Positions 47,800 to 61,800 are shown, counted from the stretch's first letter. The stretch: DNA of 64,000 bases from Dipteris shenzhenensis (GCA_047967505.1 CM106538.1), one strand, 5' to 3'. Notes: a model not told the origin generated them from the sequence alone. A program made the numbers and translations.

Positions 47800-50400
47800 A
47801 TAAACTTTCTTTCTTTCTTCTTTCTTTCTCCAAGCTCACTGTGGTGCCCTCTACGTACAAGGTTGTGTCATCTGCAAACTCTGAGTCTAGCAGCTCCTCC
47901 TCCTGTCTGATTGGGAGCCTCAACCTTGTGAGGCCCGCCACCTGCGATCTCAAGTAGTAGCCCAATGCCACCTCCACAAAAAGAAAAAAAAAGGGTGCTA
48001 GGGTACAGCCCTGACGTACTGAGTGAGAGAGAGGAAAGGCCTCGCCCATGTGTCAGCATCTGACTAGAGCTCCCTGCATAAAGCACAGATGTCAGAGACT
48101 CTTCTAATCCATCTATCTGAGAAACCCAACCTCTGCATAGTGCCCTCTAAGAAAGACCACTCCACCCTGACGTAAGCCTTCTCAAAATCCAAGAGAAGGA
48201 TGGCCAAAGGCTGTGACTCCTCACTGGCCCAATCCACTGCCTCCCAAAACGTGAAAATGTTGTCTAGGATGCTGCGCTCCTGAACAAAGCCGGCTTGCGT
48301 GTCATGGATGATATCGGTGAGATGAGGCCGCAACCGCCAACTCAAGACCTTAGCGAGGATCTTGTATGCGGTGTCAAGCAGGGTGATCGGTCTCCACTGC
48401 CAAATGTCTGACCTATCTCCCCCTTTCGGGATCAAACAAATCCACCACCTGCTCAGGGACCGAGGAAGGAAGCCCGTGTCGAAGATCTCCTAGTAGGCTA
48501 AGCGGAAAGGGGTGAAAATGATCTCCCAGAAGTTTGGGAGGAAGGCCGGAGTCCAAGCCATCTTCGCCAGGACACTTCTGGGTCGAGAGGGCCTTGAGGG
48601 CTTCCCAGAGCTCCTCATCCATGAAAGGCTCCTCCAAACTCCTGCACAACTCTTGCGAGACTACCATCAGAACGTGGTCCCAAACTAGCTCACCGGCCGC
48701 AAGGCAAGCTGGAGTCACCCTCTCCACCTGAAAGAGCTGGCTGTAGAAAACTGTGGTCAGCTCTAAAATCTCATGTGGATCAGTATGCATAATGCCATGC
48801 GGATCCCGTAATCACTATAACTGTGTGCCTACCGATCAAGGTCCAGTGGTCTGAAAGAATTGCTTCGTCACACACCTCGGGGCCTCTCCTCGAAAGAAGG
48901 TGGTATCGTCAACTAATGTCTAATGCTCAGAACATGTGCTCCTGTATCAAAATGAAGTCCACTGCTCGCCCTACCACTGCCCTCTACAACTCCTGCCGAA
49001 GGATCAGGTACTGCGGCGGCTGACTGCAAGCACAGTTGTGGAGCTCGTGCACGTTCCAACTCACTAAGGTCTAGCTCATGACTACGGGGAAGCTGAAAAC
49101 AAGGTTCTCCTGTGAGTGGGTGCCCGTTCCAGAAAAACTACCTTTTGTGACTTTGAAGGGGGTTTGGAGGGCGAATAGTCCATGTTCGTATGTCAGCGTA
49201 CTAGAGTGGACACCGGCTCAATGCCAATCTTCCGTGCCCACTTCATCATGAAGGAGACTTCCACTCCAAACAAATTAGCACAATTCTGGAGTGGCCAATA
49301 GTATGCCTGATCAATCTTTACCTCACACGGCAATTTGATAACCCCTATTGCCAAACCATATATCGGCTTCTCCCGCATGAAGCTCAACTAAAATAGTCTG
49401 AAAATTCACTTCAACACGATCGTTGGACCTCCACTACGAGAGGATTGCCTGGCTGGACAGTTGCCCCTACCGCTTGGGGGGGGGGGGGGGGGGCCTTCAA
49501 CCAAGGGCTCCTGCAGCTGCTCCTCCGCTAGTGTTTCTCGAACTGCTCTCTCTCCCCCTGCGTATAGCCCATTGCCTGCGGCGCTTTTGAGCCAATTTGC
49601 TTGGTTTCTTTTTCTATTTTACCTGGCTCCATTCTCCCTCTGAAAGTGTCACCCAGGAGGTCTGAGACTCCTGCTGCTCCTGTCCGAGGGCGTGCTGGGC
49701 CCTGGCCTGCTGACTCTGCCTGCCCTGCAGGGGTGGGGGGGGAGGAGCCTGGCCCTGGCCACAAGGGCAGTCTCTGGCTAAATGACCCATGTGCCTGCAA
49801 CGAAGACACTGGCCTGGTAACCCAAAAATCTCCACTCCCTCACGAAGTGTACCCCCCTCAAGGGTCTCAAGGAGGATCAACTCTAGGAGAGACTCTGGGT
49901 TCTCAACAACCAGTCTGATCCTGGGGACTCCGTCGTCTGCTACCACTCATGCAGCCGAATCTGGAGGGGACTCCAGCACCATGCAACATGCTCTATCAAT
50001 GAAGGGGAGAATGGCTCTACATTCCTTTAGTAGCCTCGGGAATCGGAGTGTCATCGAGAATCAGGGAACATGGTGTGACGTGTCCATGTCCTTCACTATA
50101 AAGCCATGGTAACAAGGAAAGAGGTACACCAAATGCGGGACAAGGAGGATGGGACTCTACTCCACAAGTGTCAAGGCGGTAGCAGAGAAGCTCAACAGGA
50201 TGAGAAAGACACCTCTTCCGTAGATGGTGACCTCCTAAATGTGGTTGCCCTCTAGTGCCAAGCTCGCCTGGATCCACTCTCACCTGTCTCCTTGTGGATG
50301 TGAGGCCCATAATTCTGCCCACGATTGCCTTGTCCTGGAGGGACTGAACTACATGTTGCGCTGTTGCCTGTTGCCTGGAGAAAGAATGACCTTAACGGCT
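47800..50400 (-). mobile_element. L1-clade LINE (ORF1, deleted endonuclease, RT N-half), same family as the 39055 copy
   Basis: ORF1 knuckle LPGQCLRCRHMGHLARDCP, endonuclease start LVSWNVHEL near 49060, RT WRPITLLDTAYKILAK...LDFEKAY...RQGC...FADDT. Confidence 0.9.
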
Positions 50401-50689
50401 ATGGGATTCGAGGGTGCTTCCATAGAGCCCCTCTGGCCAAACCAAGGGTCACCACCAAGACTTTCTTTCTCCGAACAAGCACAAAAGTTCCCACTGCTGG
50501 GAAGGGGGAAAGAAAAAGAAAGGCCACCTGGAAGGTCGGCAGGGAAGCCGCCTCACCCCAAAGAAAGGCTAGGGGGAGAGCCCTTGAAGAAAGAGGGACC
50601 TCGAAGAAGCCCCGGCAACCAAACCCAAACACACCCAAGGCCCGAGGGTCGATGGAGGAGTAGAGAGAGGGCTAGAAGGCTACAAGGAG

Positions 50690-50850
50690 ATTGGCATACC
50701 TCAACAAAGTTGAGAAGATGGATGATAGTAGGATACCACACAAAGTGATGGAAGCTACACAACTCACAGGTTGGCACAGAGAGGGGATGAAGTGGATGGA
50801 ATCGTGGGGTATAACTACCGCCGATATACCAGAAGATGTATGTGAAAAAG
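50690..50850 (+). mobile_element. Short RTE-X-like post-RT fragment
   Basis: YLNKVEKMDDSRIPHKVM...GW...KWMESWGI resembles the RTE post-RT region. Confidence 0.5.
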
Positions 50851-51009
50851 GAAAAAAGGGGCCCAGCCTGCTTCCTGGGACGGTACCTGCCCACAAATGG
50901 GCTTTAAGCTACACGGGCTGCTCACTAAAAGCAACACTAGATGAAGGTTGCTGCTCCAAGGTACACGGGGCTTTGTGGGCAGCTCTCAGACGCCATGCAC
51001 AGGCCACGA

Positions 51010-51465
51010 ACCAAGAGGCGAGGCATAGGGACAAAGGGCAGGAAGGAGAGGACAAGGTGGGGAAGAAAGAAGGGCGCGGGAGGGGGGCGAGAAGGAGGAG
51101 GCGGGGAGGGAGAAGGAGAAGAAAGAAGGCGGGGAGAATATGGGGGAGAGGAGGGCGGGGAAGGAGGCAGAGAAGGGGTGGGAAGGTGGCAAGGGAGGAA
51201 GCAGAGAAGGGGGGGCGAAATGGAGGCGGAGAGGTGGCGGGGGAGGAGGTGGAGAGAAGTGGCGGGGAGAGGAGGTGGGAGATGGCGACAAGAAGGCAGG
51301 GAGAGGAGGCAAAGAGGTGGTGGGAGATGGCGGGGAGAGGAGGCGAGGAAGGAGGCGGGGAGAAGAGGCAGGGAAGGAGGTAGAAGATGGCGGGGAGAGG
51401 AGACAAAAGAGGGCTGGAGGGAGGAGGGAGAAGGTGGAGAGGGTGGGCAGTGGGAGCAGCCAGGG
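51010..51465. repeat. G/A-rich low-complexity tract
   Basis: Strong purine/G skew with repeated ggcggggagaggag. Confidence 0.85.
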
Positions 51466-51497
51466 CAGTTATTGATTAGATTAATCTAAATATACAT

Positions 51498-51506
51498 TGT
51501 GCGTGC

Positions 51507-51537
<31 letters not shown>
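51498..51537. repeat. (GCGT)n(GT)n microsatellite
   Basis: Directly visible. Confidence 0.97.
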
Positions 51538-52840
51538 ATAATGCAATTTCCTCGTATCGGACACACCTCGATCGTTGGTACAGGATCAATCCACAGCATT
51601 GTGACATTTTGACCACAAAAATGTGGGTGGATTACACTTTTGTGCATTCAGATCATGCCCCTCTATGGTTGAGGATTTCTTTCCATGACATGCAAGATGA
51701 TCGCTTATCACACAGAAGGATGCTTATCGTGAACAACAGCTACTTGCAGCATGATTCCTACAAGGCTTTGGTCTATGATGCATGTCAGCCTCTTTCTCGT
51801 CAAAGTCTCATTGACTTAGACTATGCCTGGACTGCTTTTGTTGCCAGAATGCAATCTGTTCTCAAGGATTATGGTAAAAATTACATGAAGAATTTGAGGG
51901 CAAATGTGGCTCGAGCAAAACAAAATTGTCAATCATTAACTGTGCTGAGTCATTCCAGGCCTCTCTTCAAGGAAGAAAATGACTTGATCTATCAGGCTAG
52001 ATTTTGCTTGCAAAGTAATGATCTCAGGAAAGTATCTAAATGGGAAACCCGTGCGAGGCAGGAAGCTTTCCTGGATAAAGGTTGCTCATCTAAGGAATTT
52101 TTTAAAAGTTTACATTCCAAGAGGCAATCTTCATCTGTCGTACTCTGATGCCTGATGGGATTTGGACTTCCTCTCGGGCACAACTTGCTGCAGCATGTGT
52201 TGCTCATTTCTCCACACAGTTTGGCATGGCAGATCTTCCTTCTCGAGAGGTTATTTCAGCAAGAGCTGAGCTCCTTCGTTATGTTTCTCCCATTGTTTCT
52301 CCTACACAGGCTGTCAATTTTGGAAGTGCCTTTCACTGAACGGGAGCTATTTGATGCTTTGAAATCCTGTGGTAGATGGGAATTTCTAGAATGGGATGGT
52401 CTCACTGTTGAGTTCTTTCTTGCATACTGGGATATTCTTAAGCTGCCCCTCTTCTGCATGATCAATTCTCCTTGGGAAAATCAGCATTTGCCATTGTCAA
52501 ATTACTTCCTAAAAAGCAAATATGTGACTCCTTGGCTGACTGGAGGCCCATCACTCTTATGCCTACTATTTATAAGATCATCACTAAAATGGTGGTTGAT
52601 CGCATTAAAGGATATCTGCATGATGGCCTTCATCCTGCTCAGTATGGTTTTGTTCCTCACCGGCATATTACATATAATATTGCTAATGCATATGTTGGCA
52701 TAGAATATGCCAAATATACTAAGCAGGATGTTTTATTACTGCAAGTTGATACTGCCGAGGCTTTTGAGACAATCCAATGGGATTTTATTGCTCAGACTAT
52801 GCGAGCATTGGGTTTTGGTCCAAAATTGCAGCATATTATT

Positions 52841-53128
52841 TATTGGCTTTATAGTGACAGTCAGGCGGCTTGTATACTGTCTGGGGATCTTTTTGAAGCT
52901 TGGACTCTTCGGTGTTCAGTTCGGCAAGGCTGTCCACTTAGTGCCATGCTTTATGACATTGCCACTCATCCTATGCTGCAATATATTGGCTTTATAGTGA
53001 CAGTCAGGCGGCTTGTATACTCTCTGGGGATCTTTCTAAAGCTTGGACTCTTCGGTGTTCAGTTCGGCAAGGCTGTCCACTTAGTGCCATGCTTTATGCC
53101 ATTGCCACCCATCCTATGCTGCAATATA
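52841..53128. repeat. 143-bp tandem duplication inside the L1 RT
   Basis: tattggctttatagtgacag... occurs at 52841 and 52984. Confidence 0.93.
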
Positions 53129-55417
53129 TGGATCATTTGTTTGCCATGGACATGCTTCATGGATTAGAAATTCTGAGGAGTGGTACTATGATTGCTCAGG
53201 TGGAACCTTCCTCGTAAAAGACAGCAGAGACACTCTCAATTGCTCTCCCCCTCTCCCTCTCTCAACAGATACACTAGGGCCCAGGACAGTCGTTGAGCTG
53301 GACCCCGCCGAAGGTTTTTATTACTTGAGAGAAAAATGAGTACAAGAGTTCAGCGTGGAAGCTGTTCCTCCATAAATCCAAACGTAAAAATGAATCATTA
53401 CATGAGCTCTTAGGCTCCCTTTCTTGGTAACAAGCCACTTGTCAAATTCTACATTACTTTCCTAATTACATGCCACTAAAGGCAACTCTGGAGTCTTCGA
53501 AGCACTTGGTCACGCGAACCGCCTCCTAAACTCTTGTTAGGCTCCATTGCGCTTAGGACAATAACTCTTCCTAGTACCTGCAACAATTAATTAAAGTGTA
53601 CCACCATGGCACCCATTAATTGTTAGCGCTTTGCATGCAAATAACACATTGTGGACTAATTCTAGTCACGGTGGGCGTCCCCACTGAACACATGTGCACA
53701 CATAACAAATATAAAAATATATATTTATTCTCTGGTTGACCGAAGTCAACGCCCTTGATCATAATTAAGAGGCTTTAACCAAGGGTCGAGGCGCCTTAAT
53801 TATAGTCAAGTCTCTCCAACTGAAGTTGGCACAACTCTCCAACCGAAGTTGGCACATCTTGGTTAACCGTAGTTAACCCTCTTGACGCATGCCAAGTCTC
53901 GTTGATCGGAGTCAACACTCTCTGACCGTAGTCAGCTCTGTGGTTCTCTGGTTAATTGTAGTTAACCCTCTTGGTAATAAACCAAGTCTCCCCGACCGAA
54001 GTCAGGTTTACTTGACCAGAGTCAAGTATCTTTGACCATAGTCAAATCTTTGACCATTAAAAGAACTCTTTGACCATAATTAACACAAATGGAAAACTCT
54101 TTAATTATGATCAAATAAATGGTCAACTGTACTTTGACTTAGGATATTTGCATTGTGGTGACATCCCCTCGGCTTCTATTCAGTTGACCTCAACTGAAAA
54201 GCTTTCTTGTAAACATCCAAAAGCTGTGGATGATCGGACAACATGTCTTCATCCATCCACTTGGCCTCTAATGCCATATAATTCTTGAATTTTACAAGAT
54301 ACCTGTAAAACTCCTTGCCCTGAGCGCCTTTGCGTACAGTATGGTACACAATATGCTCTGGCTGCTGGACCTCCTCCAACTCATCCACTTCTGGTGGATC
54401 CTCTGATACTGGCTCTGTAGGCTCAAGCCCCTGGAATTTCTTTAGAAGACTCACATGGAATGCATTCTGAATCCTCCAATGCTCTGGCAATGCTAACCTG
54501 TATGCAACCTCATTTATTCTTTCTGTAACCCTGAAAGGGCCATAGTACCTGGGAGATAACTTTGCATACACTTTCTGTTTGCCTTTAAACTTACGGAGCC
54601 TAGCTTTCTCGAACTTCAAAAGTACCCAATCCCCTTCCTTGAGATCTAGCTGTCTCCTATGCTTATCTGCAACTCTTTTATGCTTCTCTTGAGACCTTTC
54701 TATTGCTGTCCGGACTTGGCTGTAAGCTGTCTGGAGGTCTCTCACAAACTGATCAGGTGCAAATATTTCGTCCTTGGTCCTCAGGATAGGTGGCAGAATC
54801 ACCTTTCCATAGATGACCTCAAAGGGGGCTTTCCCTGTAGAGCTGTGTACTGTATTATTGTAAGCAAACTCTACCAATGGTAGGTACTTTTCCCAGTCTG
54901 AACCTTGGTCACCCACGTAGCATTTCAGCATATCCAATGCTGTAGAATTTGCTACTTCACTTTGACCATCTGTCTGGGGATGAAAAGAAGAAGAAAATTT
55001 CAAATTTGTCCCCATATTATCAAATAAAGCTCTCCAGAATAGACTGGTCATTCTGGGATCTCGATCACTGACAATGGACTTAGGCATACCATGGTACTTA
55101 AAAATCTGCGCCATGAAAAGCTTAGCCATATGATTTGCCTTCATGGTTTTACAAACTGGAATGAAATGAGCTTGCTTGCTGAATCTATCAATGATAGTCC
55201 AAATCCCATCATTCCCTGACTTTGATCTTGGCAAATCAAAAATGAAGTCCATTGTAATACTTTCCCACGATGCCTGAGGCACGGGAAGAGGCATAAGTAG
55301 GCCAGGTTCCTTCCATCTATCATACTTCACTTTCTGACACGTAAGGCATTCAGTAACAAACTGATGTATATCTTTTCGCATTCCTGGCCAAAAGAAATAC
55401 CTCTCTAGTGTTAGAGT

Positions 55418-55859
55418 CAATCCTACGTCTCCATGCGGTTTCACCCACACAGTGCAAAACCCTATTGTTAGTGTTTCTGTTGACATCTGATCTTGCATGA
55501 GTTGAGTCGGTGTAGCAATCCTAGGGGTGCAATAGTGAGCATCTTTTTGATGAGCCGAGCACTCACATGGAGCAATTGAGTGCAGGGTTTATTAGTCAAA
55601 TTGAAGGGTGAGAGGAATACATGCTTGCCCAATGGTTGAAGCTTTGACTCAACTTTCAAGCATGGTCCTCAAGCTAGATCGTGTGTCCTTGAAATTTTTG
55701 TGCTAGACTAGCCTTCCTCCATCATTGTTCATTGGTGAATGGAGCAACGGAGTTGAAGATTGTAGATGGAGGCCAAAGCAAGAGTGATGAATGCCTCAGG
55801 GTAACCCTAGTGTGTGCTCAAGGAGGGGAGAAATCCCTACTTGTACTCAGGGGGGATTT
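55418..55859. other. Unidentified ~440-bp insertion in the Gypsy D integrase N-terminal region
   Basis: Absent at the homologous point of Gypsy B (35071-35100). No TSD. Ends in a purine-rich tract. Confidence 0.8.
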
Positions 55860-58629
55860 TGTTGCTGTAATCCTCTATGTCCAGCATAAGGAGGTGCATG
55901 GCATTCCTTCAAAATCTTTTTCCTCATCTCTTGGGTGATGCATAGGTAGTCATCTTTCATTAGATACCCATCTTTCAGGGAATAGTGACTGGTGGACTGC
56001 CCCTCTTGCATTTGCTGTAAAATCTCGCCAAAGTCTGCATCATTAGCATATTGCTCCCTCATGCCTTCTAGGTCCTGATGATAAGCAATAGTCACATTAT
56101 TGACCTGGGGTCTTCGGGACAAGGCATCTGCCACTCTGTTCCGAATTCTTGGGGTATGGACAATCTGAAAATGATACATTGACAGCATATTTGCCCATTT
56201 CATATGCTTCTCGGAAAGCTTTGTCTAAGTCAAAAAGTATCTCAGACTTTGGTGATCTATTTTAACTGTAAAATCTGCACCCAAAAGATAATGCTTCCAT
56301 ATATGGATGGCATGGATTACAGCCAATAACTATTTCTCATAGATTCCCAGATATCTCTCTGCATCCCAGAGTCTCCTGCTCTCATAGGCCACTACATGAC
56401 CATTCTCATGCAATGCAGCCCCAACACATTCCCCACAAGCCCCAACACATTCCCCACAAGCATCACAATCCACATCAAATAGCTGATACAAATCTGGAAC
56501 TATTAAGATTGGCTCTGTGGTCAGCCTCTCTTTGAGTGTGATGAAGGCTATCTTTTGAGGAATTCCCCATCTGAAAGCTACATTTTTCTAAGTAAGATCA
56601 TGGAGCGGAGCGGCTATATCAGCAAAATGCCTGATAAATCTTCTGTAGTAAGAACACAAGCCTAGGAAACTTCGAACTTCATGCACAGTTTTCAGCTTTG
56701 GCCATTCGTGAATGGCACAAATCTTTGCCGGATCCATCCGTATCCCATCTTTGGATATTATATGCCCAAGTAATGGATTTCTTCCAGGAAGAATTCACTT
56801 TTCTTGCTGTTTGCATAGAGCTGATGATTTCTCAGCTCTTGAAACACTATAGCAAGATGTTCCTTGTGCTCTTCTTCGGACTCAGAAAAGACAATTATGT
56901 CATCAAAGAAGGTACCAGTGAACTGTCTGTAGGGTCGGAAGATACGATCCATCATCCTATTGAAAGTAGCTGGGGCATTTGTCAATCCAAAAGGCATCAC
57001 CAGATATTCATACAACCCAAAAGTAGTGCGGAACGCTGTCTTGTGCACATCCTGAGGCTGTATCCTCACTTGGTGATAGCCACTCTTTAAGTCTATCCTG
57101 CTGAAAACTGAAGCTCCATTTAACTGGTCCAGCACATCATCAATGCGTGGAATAGGGAATCTATTCTTGATGGTCGTTTTGTTCAGTGCGCGGTCATCGA
57201 CGCACATACGGAATGAGCCATCTTTCTTCTGTACTAGCAATACAGAGGAACAAAAAGGAGAAGAACTGGGCTGAATCAACCCCTTGGACAACAAGTCCTG
57301 CACCTGAGTCATAATCTCTTCTCGCTGAGTTGCACTAACTCTGTATGGGGGCCTATTGGATGGCTCGCTGCCAGCAATGAGTTCTATGCCATGATCCTCA
57401 GGTCTCTCAGGGGGTAGCTCCCCTAGCAAAGCGTCAGAAAAGCAATCTTTAAAATTTTCAAGGAACTGAAATTTATTCTAATCTGCCTCACTTATTTCAG
57501 CATGCATTTCCACATCTCTCTCTTTTACAAAAATCATGTAAGCTGAAACTACAGACTTTATTTCTTTTCCAACAGAACTATTTGATACAATGGGAATAGT
57601 TTCCCCTCTATTCCTAGCAGCCACACGATATACTTTGCCCCTATGTACAAACTCGAGTACTCTTTCAAGAAGAGTCAACTTCACTGCCTTGCGATGGAAC
57701 CAAGGCATACCCAAGACTACATCATGATGTTTCAGTGGAGAAATGAAGAAGTCTTCCTGATCCATATTACTTTGCACATGAAGACGGAGCTTCCCTATCA
57801 AGGGAGTGACTGGCACAGGGTTCCCACAGAACATCTGATCGGCATCCAAAGCCCTGCCCAACTGCTCCGTCTTTATTCCCAGCCTCAAGGCTAGGTCCTC
57901 TCATATGAAATTATCAGTAGCCCCTGGATCAAATAAAATCAGCGCTTGCTGGTCTCTGACTTTGCCCCATGATAGCAGCAATTCTCATTCTTCTGGGTTT
58001 GAAACATGACCCAGTATGTCAGGAATTCCTCCTGCCATTGGCTTTTGCGATCCCTGTGGCTTCTCTGCCTCTTTTCCCTTCGAAGTTGAAGGCTTTTCTA
58101 GGCACTGGGCAGCCACATGCCCCTCTTTGCCACACTTAAAGCATTTCCCATCTCTGCGAAACTCAGCTATCTGTTCAGGAGTGAATGGGGATTTGCCTTT
58201 ATATGTCTTTGAAAACTGAGTACCCCTCAACTTCTGAGGCTGAAACCCTTTTTTTCAACCTTGGAATACTCTTTCTTTTTTTATTTTGAAAAATCAACTT
58301 TCTTCCTTTCAGCACGTCCTGCATCCCTGCATGCAAGGATAGTACTATAGATGGATCTTGTAACGGCACAAGACTAGCTACTGAAGCTGAATGCATAAGG
58401 TCTTGAATGTTCTTTGCCCCTAAAGCATTCACTACTGCCTGAATTCTTGGACTGAGACCTGCTCTATACTTTCTCATTTGGGTTCCTTTGGAGATCTTTT
58501 TGATAGGTGCAATTTGCAAATAAGCATCCCAATCTTGAAGAACATGATCTCTAAACTGTTTAGGCATAAACTGCTGATAGAAGGCTTTCTTGAAGTCCTT
58601 CCACCTCTTTGGGGCTGACCCATCTGTGG

Positions 58630-58826
58630 TCTGTGCACTCCACCATGCACTAGCTGTCGTTGTCAAGTGCAAACTGACCATTCTTAACTTGGAGGATTCT
58701 AAAAACTTTTCTGTACCGAATGCAGCATCTGTGCACTCCACCATGCACTAGCTGTCGTTGTCAAGTGCAAACTTACCATTCTTAACTTGGAGGATTCTAA
58801 AAACTTTTCTGTACCGAATGCAACAT
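58630..58826. repeat. 98-bp tandem duplication in Gypsy D gag
   Basis: tctgtgcactccaccatgc... occurs at 58630 and 58728. Confidence 0.93.
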
Positions 58827-61800
58827 CAAACTGCCTGATGAACTGCAATGCTTTGTCTGTATGACCATATTGTCCATTGTAGGTCATAAACTTGACAGAT
58901 TTACCTCCCTCTTTGAATTCCTTGGTCTCTCTTGAAGACTTTTTCTTCCTAGACTTCTTGTGTTTCCTTCTTTTCCTGGATGGTTTATCTGATAAAGAAG
59001 AAGATACAAAAGTCGAGCTCGAGGTAGACGGTGAAGGACTAGGCGATCGGTGATGATGCCTCGATCTCTTCCTGCTATGAGACCGTCCCCTATGAGATCT
59101 CTCCCTCTCGGGCTGTACACGAGAGTGTGCCTCTGGCATTGGCACATCATAAGCATATTTTCTACTTGAAATAAATGCTGAGCTCTTGGATCCCTTCTGA
59201 GATTTTCCATCTCTTGCATACGAGTGCGTACCATCTGCTCAAATTCTTGCTGATTTTGCTGCACACTTCTCTGTCTTGGATGTGCATCCCTATCTTGTGA
59301 ATCCCTCTGGATAGGTGATTGAGCCATTTTCTTACAGCTTGTCTCAGATCTGCAAATTTCTCACACACACTGTGTATACACCTGATGCACGCAACCTTTG
59401 CTTTTCAAAGAGAAAAATTACCTCAACAAGAGGTGTCTTGCATTCACAATCTATGCCAGTACCGGGCTCTCAACTCAAGGCATATACCCACAAGGTTGCC
59501 AAGGCATCAACAACTATATTGCCCCTTTTCTGGCTGCTCCAAAAAGCACTGAGTATGCATCTGATTCCCTTTTCCTGAACACAAAGGCATGCATTTTCTC
59601 TTTTTCTGCAAATCTCTGATTTTCTCTGATTCCTGCTTTTTCTAACAGTAAATACTCTCTCAGATAGGCGAAAACTGCTAGCAGAAACAGACTCTACAAC
59701 TGTCTTTTTTTTTTTTTTGGACAGTAACCAGATGGGTAACTACTGGTTACTCTAACCAGACTGACTGGTTCTGGTCTGGTTGGTCTGTAACTAGACCTCT
59801 AACCAGATTAACTAGATTCTGAAGTAGTTGAACCAGACTGGAATCTGGCTAGCTGAACCAGACTGAGATTGTGGTTAGCTGGACCAGTCTAGTCAACTAG
59901 ACTAGACTCTAACCAGAGTCTAAGTGAGTGGGATTGAGTTCCCTTAACCAGATTGGTCTGGTTAGATCAAATTGGCTGGACCTTTAACCAAGGTCAACAA
60001 AACCATGGTTGACTAACTGTAGTTAATCTTGACAGGGGTTGCTCTGACCCAGGTCTGCCACCTGGCTGCCACGTGTCCTGCCATGTCATCACCCTGCATG
60101 TGCTGCCATGTCAGCATTAGCTCCCACTGCCACATCAGCGTCCACACGTGTCTGCCACGTCAGCTCGCACGTGTGGCCGCTACGTCACCTGTGTGCCACG
60201 TGTCTTTACTTGTGAAGACTACCCCTACCACGTGTCAGGTCTGCCACATCAGCCTAAGGTTTGAGACCTTGGCTGGTTAGTCGGCGTCGCGCATCGCGCC
60301 AGCGCCGTGTTTCCTTTGGCAACACCTAGTGCTTGCGCAAGGAATCGATGACGGAACCTAGAAATCCCGTCAGCACTCAATGTAGTCGGCCCATCTATTC
60401 TCCGTCAATTCACGCCTGGACGAGTTCCAGCTGCAGGAGCTTCCGCATCACAACGCGCCATATAGCAAAAGCTTTATGGAGCCTGCGTTGTCCGTCGATG
60501 GTCCCGCCTGGTTTCTCGCCTGCCTAGCACTGATCTGATGCTCCAGTTCCGTCTGTCTTTGATACCACACCAAGCCTAGAATGTATGATGGCTCTTTAGC
60601 TCCCCGTGATCTCCCAACGCCAGAGCCAGTTCTCGGAAAGGATGCTCGCGTCGCCTGCAAACACCTCGTGACCACGGTTTGTTACCTTCACGGACTGTCA
60701 CATACACCCAATCACTCACCGCCTGAGCTTTCCATCTGCAAACATTTAATCACCACACTTTGCATTTGCCAACATGCTATACATTACACGATGCTTTATG
60801 TGGTCACGGTGGGTCTCTGCTTTCTTTCCCTTTGCTAGAATCGTCACAGCCTTAAAAGGCTATGAGCCTAGGCTCTGATACCAATGGAACCTTCCTCGTA
60901 AAAGACAACAGAGACACTCTCAATTGCTCTCCCTCTCCCTCTCTCAACAGATACACTAGGGCCCAGGACAATCGTCGAGCTGGACCCCGCCGAAGGTTTT
61001 TATTACTTGAGAGAAAACTGAGTACAAGAGTTCAGCCTGGAAGCTGTTCCTCCATAAATCCAAACGTAAAAATGAATCATTACATGAGCTCTTAGGCTCC
61101 CTTTCTTGGTAACAAGCCACTTGTCAAATTCTACATTACTTTCCTAATTACATGCCACTAAGGGCAACTCTGGAGTCTTCGAAGCACTTGGTCACGCGAA
61201 CCGCCTCCTGGACTCTTGTTAGGCTCCATTGTGCTTAGGACAATAACTCTTCCTAGTACCTGCACCAATTAATTAAAGCGCACCACCATGGCACCCATTA
61301 ATTGTTAGCGCTTTGCATGCAAATAACACATTGTGGACTAATTCTAGTCACGGTGGGCGTCCCCACTGAACACATGTGCACACATAACAAATATAAAAAT
61401 ATATATTTATTCTCTGGTTGACCGAAGTCAACGCCCTTGATCATAATTAAGGGGCTTTGACCAAGGGTCGAGGCGCCTTAATTATAGTGAAGTCTCTCCA
61501 ACCGAAGTTGGCACATCTTGGTTAACCATAGTTAACCCTCTTGGCGCATGCCAAGTCTCGTTGACCGGAGTCAACACTCTCTGACCGTAGTCAGCTCTGT
61601 GGTTCTCTGGTTAACCGTAGTTAACCCTCTTGGTAATAAACCAAGTCTCCCCGACCGAAGTCAGGTTTACTTGACCAGAGTCAAGTATCTTTGACCGTAG
61701 TCAATTCTTTGACCATTAAAAGAACTCTTTGACCATACTTAACACAAATGGAAAACTCTTTAATTATGATCAAATAAATGGTCAACTGTACTTTGACTTA

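Noticed and set aside
49193-49387. 64-aa ORF between L1 ORF1 and ORF2
   Set aside because: No recognisable motif, so it cannot be assigned.
50909-51489. Long Gly/Arg/Glu- and Pro-rich ORFs in several frames
   Set aside because: Stop-poor G-rich low-complexity DNA.
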